Positions 49,907 to 64,000 of a stretch of 64,000 nt of DNA are shown here, piece by piece. Numbering within the stretch: the first letter of the stretch is position 1; every line of letters starts with the position of its first letter. This DNA comes from Octopus vulgaris (taxonomy: Eukaryota). Location of the stretch: assembly GCA_951406725.2 (NCBI GenBank), contig OX597834.1, forward strand, positions 12,834,001 to 12,898,000, given 5' to 3'. The notes under the pieces are model-generated. The model searched no databases, was not told where the DNA came from, and saw only the letters and a program-made list of their open reading frames with translations. The position numbers and the translations under genes were made by a program.

Positions 49907-51099
49907 TTATCTATTCAGCTATCTTTATCTATCTATCTTTATCTATCTGTCTAATCGGATATCTTTATCTATCTATCTATCTATCTTTATCTATCTGTCT
50001 AATCGGATATCTTTATCTATCTATCTATCTATCTATCTTTATCTATCTGTCTAATCGGATATCTTTATCTATCTATCTTTATCTATCTATCTATCTTTAT
50101 CTATCTATCTATCCCTTCAGCTATCTTTATCTATATATCTATCAATCTATCTATCCCTTCAGCTATCTTTATCTATCTATCTATCAAGCTATCTTTATCT
50201 ATCTATCTATCCCTTCAGCTATCTTTATCTATCTATCTATCAAGCTATCTTTATCTATCTATTTATCTATCTATCTATCTTTATCTATGTATCTATCTCT
50301 TCAGCTATCTTTATCTATGTATCTATCTATCTCTTCAGCTATCTTTATCTATGTATCTATCTATCTCTTCAGCTATCTTTATCTATCTATCTATCTATCT
50401 ATCTCTTCAGCTATCTTTATCTATCTATCTATCTATCTCTTCAGCTATCTTTATCTATCTATCTATCTATCTCTTCAGCTATCTTTATCTATCTATCTAT
50501 CTATCTATCTCTTCAGCTATATCTATCTATCTATCTATCTATCTCTTCAGCTATCTTTATCTATCTATCTATCTATCACTTCAGCTATATCTATCTATCT
50601 TTATCTATCTATCTATATCTATCTATCTTTATCTATGTATCTATCTATCTCTTCAGCTATCTTTATCTATCTATCTATCTATCTCTTCAGCTATCTTTAT
50701 CTATCTATCTATCTATCTCTTCAGCTATATCTACCTATCTATCTATCTCTTCAGCTATCTATCTATATATCTATCTATCTATCTCTTCAGCTATCTATCT
50801 ATCTATCTATCTATCTTTTCAGCTATCTATTTATTTCTATCTATCTATCTATCTATCTTTATCTATCTATCTATTCATCTATCTATTATCTATCTATCTC
50901 TTCAGCTATCTTTATCTATCTATCTATCTATCTCTTCAGCTATCTTTATCTATCTATCTCTTCAGCTATCTTTATCTATCTATCTATCTATCTATCTCTT
51001 CAGCTATCTTTATCTATCTATCTCTTCAGCTATCTTTATCTATCTATCTCTTCAGCTATCTTTATCTATCTATCTATCTATCTATCTCTTCAGCTATCT

Positions 51100-51133
<34 letters not shown>

Positions 51134-51183
51134 CTTCAGCTATCTTTATCTATCTATCTATCTATCTATCTCTTCAGCTATCT

Positions 51184-51227
<44 letters not shown>

Positions 51228-51346
51228 ATCTATCTATCTATCTATCTATCTCTTCAGCTATCTTATCTATCTATCTATCTATCTATCTATCTCTTCAGCT
51301 ATCTTTATCTATCTATCTATCTATCTATCTATCTCTTCAGCTATCT

Positions 51347-51391
<45 letters not shown>

Positions 51392-52249
51392 AGCTATCTT
51401 TATCTATCTATCTATCTATCTCTTCAGCTATCTTTATCTATCTATCCCTTCATCTATCTTTATCTATCTATCAATCTATTCAGCTATCTTTATCTATCTA
51501 TCTATCTATCTATTCAGCTATCTTTATCTATCTATCTATCTATCTATTCAGCTATCTTTATCTATCTATCTATCTATTCAGCTATCTTTATCTATCTATC
51601 TATCTATTCAGCTATCTTTATCTATCTATCTATCTATTCAGCTATCTTTATCTATCTATCTATCTATTAATCTATCTTTATCTATATATCTATCTATCTA
51701 TCTATCTATTCAGCTATCTTTATCTATATATCTATCTATCTATCTATCTATTCAGCTACCTTTATCTATCTATCTATCTATCTATCCAGCTACCTTTATC
51801 TATCTATCTATCTATCTATCTATCCAGCTACCTTTATCTATCTATCGATTCAGCTACCTTTATCTATCTATCTATCTATCTATTCAGCTATCTTTATCTA
51901 TCTATCTATCTATTCAGCTATCTTTATCTATCTATCTATCTATCTATATATCTATTCAGCTATCTTTATCTATCTATCTATCTATCTATATATCTATTCA
52001 GCTATCTTTATCTATCTATCTATCTATCTATTCAGCTATCTTTATCTATCTATCTATCTATCTATTCAGCTATCTTTATCTATCTATCTATCTATCTATT
52101 CAGCTATCTTTATCTATCTATCTATCTATCTATCTATTCAGCTATCTTTATCTATCTATCTATCTATCTATCTCTTCAGCTATCTTTATCTATCTATCTA
52201 TCTATCTATCTTCAGCTATCTTTATCTATCTATCTATCTATCTATCTAG

Positions 52250-52283
<34 letters not shown>

Positions 52284-52569
52284 CTTCAGCTATCTTTATC
52301 TATCTATCTATCTATCTATCTCTTCAGCTATCTTTATCTATCTATCTATCTATCTCTTCAGCTATCTTTATCTATCTATCTATCTATCTATCTTTATCTA
52401 TCTATCTATCCAGCTATCTTTATCTATCTATCTATCAATCTATCTATCTAGCTATCTTTATCTATCTATCTATCTATCTAGCTATCTTTATCTATCTATC
52501 TATCTAGCTATCTTTATCTATCTATCTATTCAGCTATCTTTATCTATCTATCTATCTATTCAGCTATCT

Positions 52570-52602
<33 letters not shown>

Positions 52603-52887
52603 CAGCTATCTTTATCTATATATCTATCTATCTATCTATCTATTCAGCTACCTTTATCTATCTATCTATCTATCTATCTATCCAGCTACCTTTATCTATC
52701 TATCTATCTATCTATCTATCCAGCTACCTTTATCTATCTATCTATCTATCTATCTATCCAGCTACCTTTATCTATCTATCTATTCAGCTACCTTTATCTA
52801 TCTATCTATCTATCTATTCAGCTATCTTTATCTATCTATCTATCTATTCAGCTATCTTTATCTATCTATCTATCTATTCAGCTATCT

Positions 52888-52919
<32 letters not shown>

Positions 52920-53310
52920 TCAGCTATCTTTATCTATCTATCTATCTATCTATTCAGCTATCTTTATCTATCTATCTATCTATCTATTCAGCTATCTTTA
53001 TCTATCTATCTATCTATCTATTCAGCTATCTTTATCTATCTATCTATATATCTATCTATTCAGCTATCTTTATCTATCTATCTATCTATTCAGCTATCTT
53101 TATCTATCTATCTATCTATTCAGCTATCTTTATCTATCTATCTATCTATTCAGCTATCTTTATCTATCTATCTATCGATCAATCTATCTATCAATTCAGC
53201 TATCTTTATCTCTCTATCTATCAATCTATCTATCCCTTCAGCTATCTTTATCTATCTGTCTCAGTATATATCTATCTATCTACCTACTTATCTATCTACC
53301 TATCTATCTC
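49907..53310. repeat. 3.4-kb (TATC)n satellite punctuated by TTCAGCTATCTT
   Basis: Read directly from the sequence; variable unit of about 25-45 bp. Confidence 0.97.
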
Positions 53311-53494
53311 GCCCTCTCTTTTCTTTCTCTCCGTGTCTCACACACTCTCCCTTATGTTGTGAAGCAACCTTGACATTGACCGCAACACGAAGATAAATGT
53401 GTCTAGTGCTGCACAATTCTGTTTTCTGCACTATGTCTCGGAGTGTTTGGCCCTCGACTGCAGGTATATCAAGGCACTGAAGTGAATAAAAGAA

Positions 53495-53665
53495 GATTTA
53501 GTGATTAGGACATTCGGTTAACAATCGTAGAATTTTGAGTACAATTCCCGTTGACGTGTTGTACCCTTCAGCAAGCCACTTTATTTCGAATTGCTGCAGT
53601 CCACTCAGCTGGCAAAAGTGGGTAGTTCCTGTATTTCCAAAGGCCGGCCTTGTGACACTCTGCCA
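53495..53665 (+). mobile_element. Old SINE with a C-like head/core and a D-like tail start
   Basis: CAGCAAGCCACTTTATTTCG..CAGTCCACTCAGCTG (as at 27085-27135), then CCTGTATTTCCAAAGGCCGGCCTTGTGACACTCTG (as in the 58161-58553 SINE). Confidence 0.6.
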
Positions 53666-53757
53666 GATTTAAAATTATACATTTAATTTCAAGAGAATAT
53701 TGTTCCGTTAAATATATCAACTGGAGACCAAGTCCTCGCAAGTGGCAGAGTGCCACT

Positions 53758-53809
<52 letters not shown>

Positions 53810-53837
53810 CATATGTGTGTGTGTGTGTGTGTATATA

Positions 53838-55440
<1,603 letters not shown>

Positions 55441-55739
55441 TAAGAGACAATGGTGTCATTGAGACCCAAAGGTGTCAGGTAATGCAGAATACGTGCTATA
55501 GACAGACCATAGTTAAGTTTCAGATTTGGTAATATTGCGAATAAAGGGCTCAACGTTGTTTCTATGTCAACGTGTGTATATATGAATTGTATGCATAATG
55601 AGATAAAGAAAAACCCAAGGATGTATAGATATTAGAGCATTTATAGATATCTATACAGCCTTGTCTTTTTATCCCATTACGCATAAAATTCATATATATA
55701 TACACATCTTGAATGATGCCTTTGTTACATTGTGGGGTT

Positions 55740-56450
55740 CTTTCTCCTCAAACTACCTTATATACTATTTGGTTTAAGTATATACTATTTGGTTTAAGTT
55801 AGGTGACATGGTAGGCCAAGCAATAACTTTAACTTGTTATCCGATAAAAACTTAGTTGTCATTTTTGAAGAGTCATCATAAGGTTGGAATATGGAACGTC
55901 TTCTTTTCAGCAATATGTCACAATAAAGCCTTGAATCCATTCTTCTCTCAATAAATATGCTTCCTCTCACACTAGCCGCATGTATAACACTTCTGCCGCC
56001 GTGTTTCACGGTAGGTACGGGTTAGTTACCGTTATTATCTTCACCTGGTCATCACCATACTGGGATTTTGTTTAACCAAAGCGTTTAGTATATTATACCG
56101 GATAACGGATTTAGGCCTTCATCTTGGTTTATTTTCAAGGCTATCATCATCTAAATGAGAGCTTTGGAATAATTTCTGAACAGTTCTAATGTCCACAAAA
56201 CCATTACCAAAGACCCGGGTAATCAGGAGAGGCGATCTACGAAGAATGCCTCCTTGAAGAGCACACTGGTTCAAACTTCGGGGAAATCTTTGTTCGGATA
56301 CAATTTTTCCACTGACAGAAGGCACTTCTCGGGCCAAAGATGAAGCGGTACGACGTCTATCATTTGTCACGTAATTCTGTCAGCCATCATGTTCTTCTGA
56401 ATTACTTTGGCAACCGTATTTACGCTAATATGTATTGTTTTGCTAACTAA
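55740..56450 (-). pseudogene. Tc1-family transposase fossil
   Basis: RRTASSLAREV..GKIVS....RSLNQCAL.G..LRRSPLL and VKHGGRSV..I..RMDS.LY.DIL..FQ..D: the Tc1 DNA-binding region and KHGGG motif, with frameshifts. Confidence 0.8.
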
Positions 56451-57189
56451 ATTTTGTCCTAAACCATTTTTGTTCAAATTAAAACTAATTTTCAGCAAAC
56501 CCTTAGACAATTATTGTTATATTTAGGAATGGTCATTTTTGCCAGTTTAACCAATAAAAACACACGCACTATATATTTTTTGTTATTTTGCTTCAGTGTT
56601 ATTAATTGTTTACATTAACCTTAATCTTATTTCGGCCAGAGTTATTTCGTCACACACCTGTGACCGCATCAGTGGTCCTTTGTTTTCTTCTTTCTTCTTT
56701 GTGTCTCTATTTACTAACCGTCAGCCAAATATATAAACGTACCTTAGACAATTCTTTTCCTTTTCCAACCATTGTAATGACAATGAGGAATATTTTCAAA
56801 AGTGTACAAAAATTAGAATTCTTAGCGGTGCAACACCAATGACCAGTGAGAACTGCAGGGAGAAATAATTTATTAGAACTGAAATTATCAGCAATATTTC
56901 AATTTAGTAAAAAAAGTGAATAAGTTATCGAATATAGCAAATTTTGTTTAGGGTGTGCATATTTTTGTAACGTTTGAAAATCAATTCTTCGTTCAAATCT
57001 TTGAAAACATTTATAGTTTTGCGTTCCAATTTTGTATGATATTTGCATGTATAATATATTTTATACAGTATAAATTTCGTTTGATTTCCCTTGATAATAT
57101 CAGAGTAATAGCAATTTTGCTGAATTTTTTAAAGATTGTTCATACTTCTCTGAGATAATATGCGTGTGTGCATGCATATATATCTATAT

Positions 57190-57545
57190 ATTAATATATA
57201 TATATATATATATATGCATGTTTTTATACTCATATATGTATGTATATATGTGTATACATACATATATATATATATATGCATGTTTTTATAAGCATATATG
57301 TATATATATGTATACATATATATATAAATATAAATATGCATATTTTAATATGCATATTTGTATGTATATATATATGTATATATATATATATGTAAATATG
57401 CATGTTTTTATACGCATATATGTATGTATATGTATACATATATATACATATATATATATATATATAAATATAAATATGCATGTTCTATACGCATATATAT
57501 ATGTATATATATATGCATACACACACATACGCATATATAAATATA
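57190..57545. repeat. TA-based microsatellite with repeated GCATGTTTTTATA units
   Basis: Read directly from the sequence. Confidence 0.9.
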
Positions 57546-57879
57546 TACACGAGCTATATTCTGTTAAAAACGTAGTAGAATGAAGCGGAGAAGAGGTTGC
57601 ATATTAAAATACCTGCAGGCCTACAAAGCTACGTTGCGTGGAAACAATTGTAGTAATTAAAAAAAATTGATTGACAAACCACATTTTCAATCATACATGC
57701 ATATATGTGTGTGCATGTGTGTGTGTTTATACATCGTGTCATCCCATACATAATTCCATTTTTATACCCTGCATTTTTTTTTTCAAAATTAGGTATCTGG
57801 TACACTTGCAAGGCACCTCTTCCAAAATTGACGTGTCCCTGGTGAAAAATACTCACCCAATAGTGTTTTGATTTCTACA

Positions 57880-59200
57880 GAATTCATATTTTTGTCCTTC
57901 CGAATGGTTTTGAAGACTGCGTACAAAGTGATAATAAAATGGGACAATGTTCGGCGAATATGATGGGTGGGGCATCGTTCTCCATTTCAACCTTTGGAAT
58001 GTCATGCTCCCAATATGTGGCCGAGCATTGAAGCACTCCGTCGGTTACGACGACGAGGGTTCCGGTTATGCCAAGCTTCGAAGTTACACCAACAAATATT
58101 TAGTAAAATATATCTTCCTCTATACATTATTTCTGTACGTGTAAAAAGCAATATATATTAGTGTGGAATGGAAGCACTCCGTCGGTTACGACGATGAGGG
58201 TTCCGGTTGATCCGAATCAACGGAACAGCCTGCTCGTGAAATTAACGTGTAAGTGGCTGAGCACTCCACAGACACGTGTACCCTTAACGTAGTTCTCGGG
58301 GATATTCAGCGTGACACAGAGAGTGACAAGGCCGGCCCTTTGAAATACAGGTACAACAGAAACAGGAAGTAAGAGTGAGAGAAAGTTGTGGTGAAAGAGT
58401 ACAGCAGGGTTCACCACCACCCCCTGCAGGAACCTCGTGGAGCTTTAGGTGTTTTCGCTCAATAAACACTCACAACGCCCGGTCTGGGAATCGAAACCGC
58501 GATCCTATGACCGCGAGTCCGCTGCCCTAACCACTGGGCCATTGCGCCTCCACGGCCGAGCATTAAACCAATTTGAAGAACAATTTTCATCTTGAAACCA
58601 AATATGCTCTTCATTCATCTAGCGCTGACTTAATCCGCTCAAGTTGATCACAGTAGATCTCTATGTTTGGTTTGGGTCTAAACGTTCAAGATGGACTAAA
58701 TCTTTCATGTCCACCGAAACTGATAACAACACCTTACGTACGTGACGACCTTCTTTAGCCTGGGGGGCCAGTGAGTTTCTATTCCTTACACACTATCTTC
58801 GGTACTTCACATTTTGATAGGGAATCCATTCCCCAGTTATTATTAGGTTCGGTAAATTTTTGAGGAATCTCTAAAACCCAATTGCCTGACTTTTCCGAAT
58901 GGCATGCAGGTATCGGGCAATAGTTAAATGGCCAAAATGAAACTTCTCAACAATTTCAGTGAGATTTTTTCCACCAGGGTTTGCAAAACGTCCTCGTCGA
59001 GCTCTGCAGGTCTTCGAGGACGAGCGCTTGTGTTCTATGATGTAGTTTCCGGCTCAGAATTTCTGGAACCACGGTTGACATTGACTTTCGGTTATTGTCT
59101 GATCCCCAAGTACTGGATTAATATTCATCACACTTTCTCTTGCTGTCTTGCCTTTATTGAACTCATAAAACAATATATTCCGAACTTGCTCGTTTGTCAC
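57880..59200 (-). pseudogene. Mariner-family transposase fossil, interrupted by a SINE composite
   Basis: RPRRPAELDEDVLQTLVEK..TIARYLHAI (HTH/linker) and NARPHIGSMTFQRLKWRTMPHPSYSPNIVPFYYHFVRSLQNH (cf. HDNARPH and HPPYSPDLAP.DY.LFRSLQN). Confidence 0.8.
58161..58553 (-). mobile_element. tRNA-derived SINE family D (tRNA-Arg-like head), full length
   Basis: Minus strand GGAGGCGCAATGGCCCAGTGGTTAGGGCAGCGGACTCGCGGTC..GGTTTCGATTCCC (A and B boxes, TCG at the anticodon position); tail ..CGTAACCGACGGAGTGCTTCCATTCC. Confidence 0.88.
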
Positions 59201-60524
59201 ATCCATTATAGCATTGAAAGATACGATAAATCATTTACCTAGAACTGAATAAAGTACGAAATAATGAATAAATAGCATATCATTAGTAATATATATATAT
59301 ATATATATATATATACTTTGAAAGATACACATAAATATAATTTGTTGAACTCTATGCATGCGGGAAGGCGTTCTGTAACTAGTTCTGGAATTTATGATTC
59401 TAAACGACAGACTATGCTGATGATCTTGCAGATGTTCGCGTGTGCATACACGTAAATATTAACAAGTGAAACTAATTAGTACATAGGTAATCATTTTTAA
59501 TTTCGTATATTTTCATTTGTCTTGCTTATTTTTTACACTTTGGACTTTTGCTGAATTTTTTCTTGAGAACACATTCTTCGTGGAAAATAGCGATTTTGAC
59601 GTCTATATCTAGCATATTGAGTGTCCACTTTTTAGTGATGAGTCCTTTAAATTTTGTATGTAAAAAATATTTTAATCTTCGGATTTTTATAATATGCTGG
59701 GCCACTGGTTTTAATCGATTAATATCAATTTCTACCCATATTCAATTTTATATATATATATATACATATCATATACACATATATGTCTGTGAATGTGTGT
59801 GTGTGTGTGTGTGTGTGTGTGGATGGATGTAAAATATTGCCTTGGTGCAAAGAATGGAAATTTTACCTCCGATTTTGAAGCGTATGATTAAAATGTGTTT
59901 CGTTTGCGTCTAAAAAGATATAGAATTTCTGACACGAAAATATTTAAAATTCTTAAGCATACTTCTATTATAATATATGATATTACACGCAACTTGTTAC
60001 AACACTTCTTTCTCCAACGCCGTTTCCCCATTAAAACGGTTATATATGCTTTCTTAATATATATTTTAAAAGCAATCACAACTAAACTTAATATTTACAG
60101 TGTACTTGTTTAGTAATTAGAACTTTCAGAAAACTTTCAAGAAACAAATATTTATGCAACTGATTTAAGTTATTGTTTTCTCATTAATATCGAGATTGGT
60201 AAAATTATTCAACATTTGTTGTTTACCAAATTAGGATTATGAACTTCTAAAACATTATAGTAGAAAACTGTCTGATCGTTCTAGAAAAAAAAAACAAGAA
60301 AAAAACAAAGAAAATCAAATTGTTTATTTGTCCTCACAGAAATTTGCTTCTATGAGGCTTCAATGACAAACAGAAATAATTATTTTTGTATTTTCGCCAT
60401 CAAAGACAATACGATAGAAAATAAGTGTTTTTTTTTTTATTTTTCTATGTATTTTTGTAGTTTGTTGCGTTGAATGGAGTTTAATTGTTTCCGCCGTAAG
60501 AAATGGTAAGATGATATACTTCCT

Positions 60525-60562
60525 ACACACGCACGCATACATACACACACACACGCATGCAT

Positions 60563-60612
<50 letters not shown>

Positions 60613-60876
60613 TCACACACACTGACAACAATGATTGAACGTGTTGATATTATGTTTGCTTCGATATTTATATATTTATATATATATATAAATCTATACA
60701 TACATATATATATATATATATAAACTTATACATACATAAATATATATATATAACCCTATACATACATATATATATATTTATATATATATAACCTTATACA
60801 TACATATATATATATAAATCTATATATATATATATATATACATACATACATCTCTCTCTTTCTCTGTCTCTCTTTG

Positions 60877-60939
<63 letters not shown>

Positions 60940-61476
60940 CCATGTTGATGTTTAATGTATGTGCACGCACTTCGAAATGTGAAATTACACAAGTGTTTCT
61001 ATATGAATATGAAGTGATACATTTAACAGAAATGCACCAAGGAAAGGAAATATATTTCACACGTTATTACGTACACATATGTATACATAGATAGAACTTA
61101 GAATCAGATATGCATTGTTCAATAAGTGCATACATGTATACATACATGCATATTTATATCAAAATCATATATATATATATATATATATGTAAGTAAATAT
61201 ATATCATGATGAACACATGTATATTCTCCAAAGAATATATTCTACGTTTGTTAGCACAAGAAACACGAACCATAATCTGAATAACTGCATTGATTAATTA
61301 CGAAACATCTGGTATTGTTTAAACCAACAACTACATCTGCACAAATAATACATTTATATAGAAATAGAAAGGTATAAAAGCATGTTTGTGTGCGCTTGTG
61401 TGTGTATATGTGTGTGCGTGTGTCTGTGCATGTGTGTGTGGTTATATGTGTATATATATATGTATATATATATACG

Positions 61477-61520
<44 letters not shown>

Positions 61521-61541
61521 CGTATGTATGTATGTATGTAT

Positions 61542-61590
<49 letters not shown>
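60525..61590. repeat. Cluster of CA, TA and TG microsatellites
   Basis: Read directly from the sequence. Confidence 0.9.
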
Positions 61591-61591
<1 letters not shown>

Positions 61592-62695
61592 ACACAAACG
61601 TATTTAAATATGTGAACATGAATATATGTGTACACGTGTGTATTGAATCTGTATGCATACATTCATATTTATATAGGGTGATATATGAATAGCTGAATGG
61701 CTACGTAGACAGACAGATTGATATATATCTATATGCGTGAGTGGTGCTTGTTTGAGTGTGAGAGAGAAACGGAGAAAGATGCAGAGAGAACGAAAGGAAG
61801 TGAGAAAGAGAGATGATTATATAGAGAGATAGAGACATAAACACATTGTCAGAGGATTTTTGATATAAGGAAACGCACGTAAACATTAAGATGTGTATAT
61901 AAGTGCACGTAAACAACTGTTTCTGTATTTGTATGCATTTAACGACTCTCCCCAGACACTAGAGTATAATATGTGTGTTTGTGTGCGCGTACATGTGTGT
62001 GCGCATCTGTGAGCATATATGTATATGCATATATATATATATATAACACGTATACTTTGAAACATCATTAATTGTATGTAAGTAAAAATAATATATGACA
62101 ATTGCTTTAATTGGTCTCCGGATAGTGCATTATCATTTATAAGAGAATGTTTACATTTTGAATTTTCTAATCTGTTGTCATTATTTGTGTCTGGGAAACA
62201 AGAGAACTGTAGGTGTTAAATTGCCGTGTAAAGGAAATGGCCATTGCGCTTTAGACAAAGATATGAGTGTAAATATGGAAGTCCATATTTAAATGGAAAT
62301 ATGTGTTGCAGTATCACAATTGGTAAATACTTATATAAGTACACGCACGTATATTTGTTTATCTTAATTATATTATCTGCGTTCTTATGTTACACTCCTT
62401 TTAATTAAGTATGTATATATGTTTCTATTTATCTATCTACATATCTATCTAACTATCTGTTTATGTATCTATGTTTGTATGTATGTATGTATCTATCTAT
62501 CTATCTATCGATCTATCTATATTTTCGTGCGTGTGTGTATACACATGTATATATAAATATATTTAGCAGATATTCCTAACCAAATGTATTCCTGAGAGTG
62601 ACTTCGAAGCTACACGTTGTTTAGCTAACATCGGACTTCGAAGAACTTTTTCATAATACACTTACTCAAGATTAATGTATATGTACATATATATA

Positions 62696-62731
<36 letters not shown>

Positions 62732-63539
62732 TGTATGTATGTGTTTGTGTGTGTGTGTGTGTGTCAGTCGCCATGATAGATCGCTAGCCACTACACACAA
62801 TTTTTTCTGTGTCCTTCTCTGTAGAAGAATGTAGTCTCGAAATATGAACGACTTTTTCTATTCATGAGCGTTATACTAATACATCGGTTTGCTTTGTACA
62901 CCACCTGTCTTCGTCTTTTGTTTTTTCGTAGACTCTCCCTATATATATATATATATATATATGTATATACGTACATTGAAATATACGTATCAACTATGTG
63001 ACTACACACATGTGTGTGTGTGTAAATGTATATAAGTACTGCCCCCTTACAGATATATACGACGGAAATAAGAAAATGTTCATTTTGCTATTCTAGCTGA
63101 GTATTTTGTAATCGAATCCTTGACATCCGTATTCATATACAACTTAAATATACTGACAAATGTCTTACGATGTAAATACGCTCTTTTGATATAAACAGGT
63201 TCTGGCATATTTTCCACAAAATAATTATCTTTGATAATATCTTGTACCTATGACAGGAAATAAGCTTCCTATATCCAGTTGACAGTTCATGTAATACGTT
63301 TTTCAATTGCTTATAAAGTATACACGCCAATTTTGATTAAACGAATTACATAGCACAGCTTTATGTATTATTGTAGCTGCATGTAAATTTATCAACATGT
63401 ATAGTTCTGCACGTTAATAGAGTTGGCTCTGGCAACGTGCATGACGTTATATATATACACATATGTGTGGTGCATATGTGTGATGAACTAGAATATATAT
63501 GTTATATATCTGTATATATATATATATATATGTAAAAAA

Positions 63540-63665
63540 AATACAAACTGGGACAAGAACGTAAAACATTTAAAAGATGATACAAAACACACGGACGGGA
63601 CATTCGAAGCCTTCAATCCTCAGTCAAGAACCGGATCATCCTCGCAATTTCGGCTGATAAATCGT
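63540..63665. repeat. Second, truncated copy of the 9705 repeat, also inside (TA)n
   Basis: ATACAAACTGGGACAAGAACG..ACGGACGGGACATTCGAAGCCTTCAATC..CCGGATCATCCTCGCAATTTCG. Confidence 0.85.
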
Positions 63666-64000
63666 ATATATATATGATTAAGGTTATAGAAAATTTTTTC
63701 GCCTATATGCTGAAAATAGACGCTTTAAAGAGAATCACAACGTTACACTCGTGCTGAAATCGTCAGTTGTTAACGAACATACGATGATGGTCATTGGAAA
63801 GGGGATTATGCAGGCATTGCCCAGTAATGTGATTGGCTTGAGACAAAAAACAAATGGATGTGTGAGGTGGTGGTGGTGGTCGTGGGCGTATGTATCTGTT
63901 TCTTTATTTTTATTCACAAATGTGTGTTCATGTGCATATCTATATATATATCTATGTATATCGATATATAAATATATAGAAAGAATATGTAGTTGAAATC

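Noticed and set aside
49876-53373. 1165-aa and 439-aa ORFs
   Set aside because: Translation of (TATC)n, which lacks stop codons on this strand; no protein-like content.

Overview
A 64-kb, very AT-rich, repeat-dominated stretch of animal nuclear DNA. The tRNA-derived SINE repertoire and microsatellite load suggest an octopus or another coleoid cephalopod (inference from recalled repeat patterns, not a database hit). I see no host protein-coding exon or functional RNA gene. Nearly all long ORFs in the track are translations of microsatellites or SINE interiors. The window holds: about 17 copies or fragments of one tRNA-headed SINE (SINE-A); a second SINE (SINE-B) that moves as a dimer; two further tRNA-SINEs; 3' fragments of CR1-, RTE-, L1/Tx1- and R4/Dong-type LINEs; Helitron remnants (PIF1-helicase fragment and non-autonomous copies); Tc1 and mariner fossils; and three long fold-back (inverted-repeat) elements. 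Four signals stand out. (1) Minimal type-I hammerhead ribozyme motifs of the Penelope-like-element (PLE) kind at 1387, 16823 and in both arms of the fold-back at 37776-38261. (2) Two sequence-divergent fold-back elements (10065-10390, 28883-29642) that share the same order of hairpins with compensatory changes, suggesting an unnamed structured RNA/ssDNA module. (3) Two SINE-LINE tail partnerships visible inside the window: SINE-A with CR1, and SINE-B with an L1/Tx1-like LINE. (4) Composite insertions bounded by a single target-site duplication (TSD): an RTE tetramer, a SINE dimer, and a SINE + extra sequence + second tail. All alignments and folds were done by eye, so coordinates may be off by a few bases.
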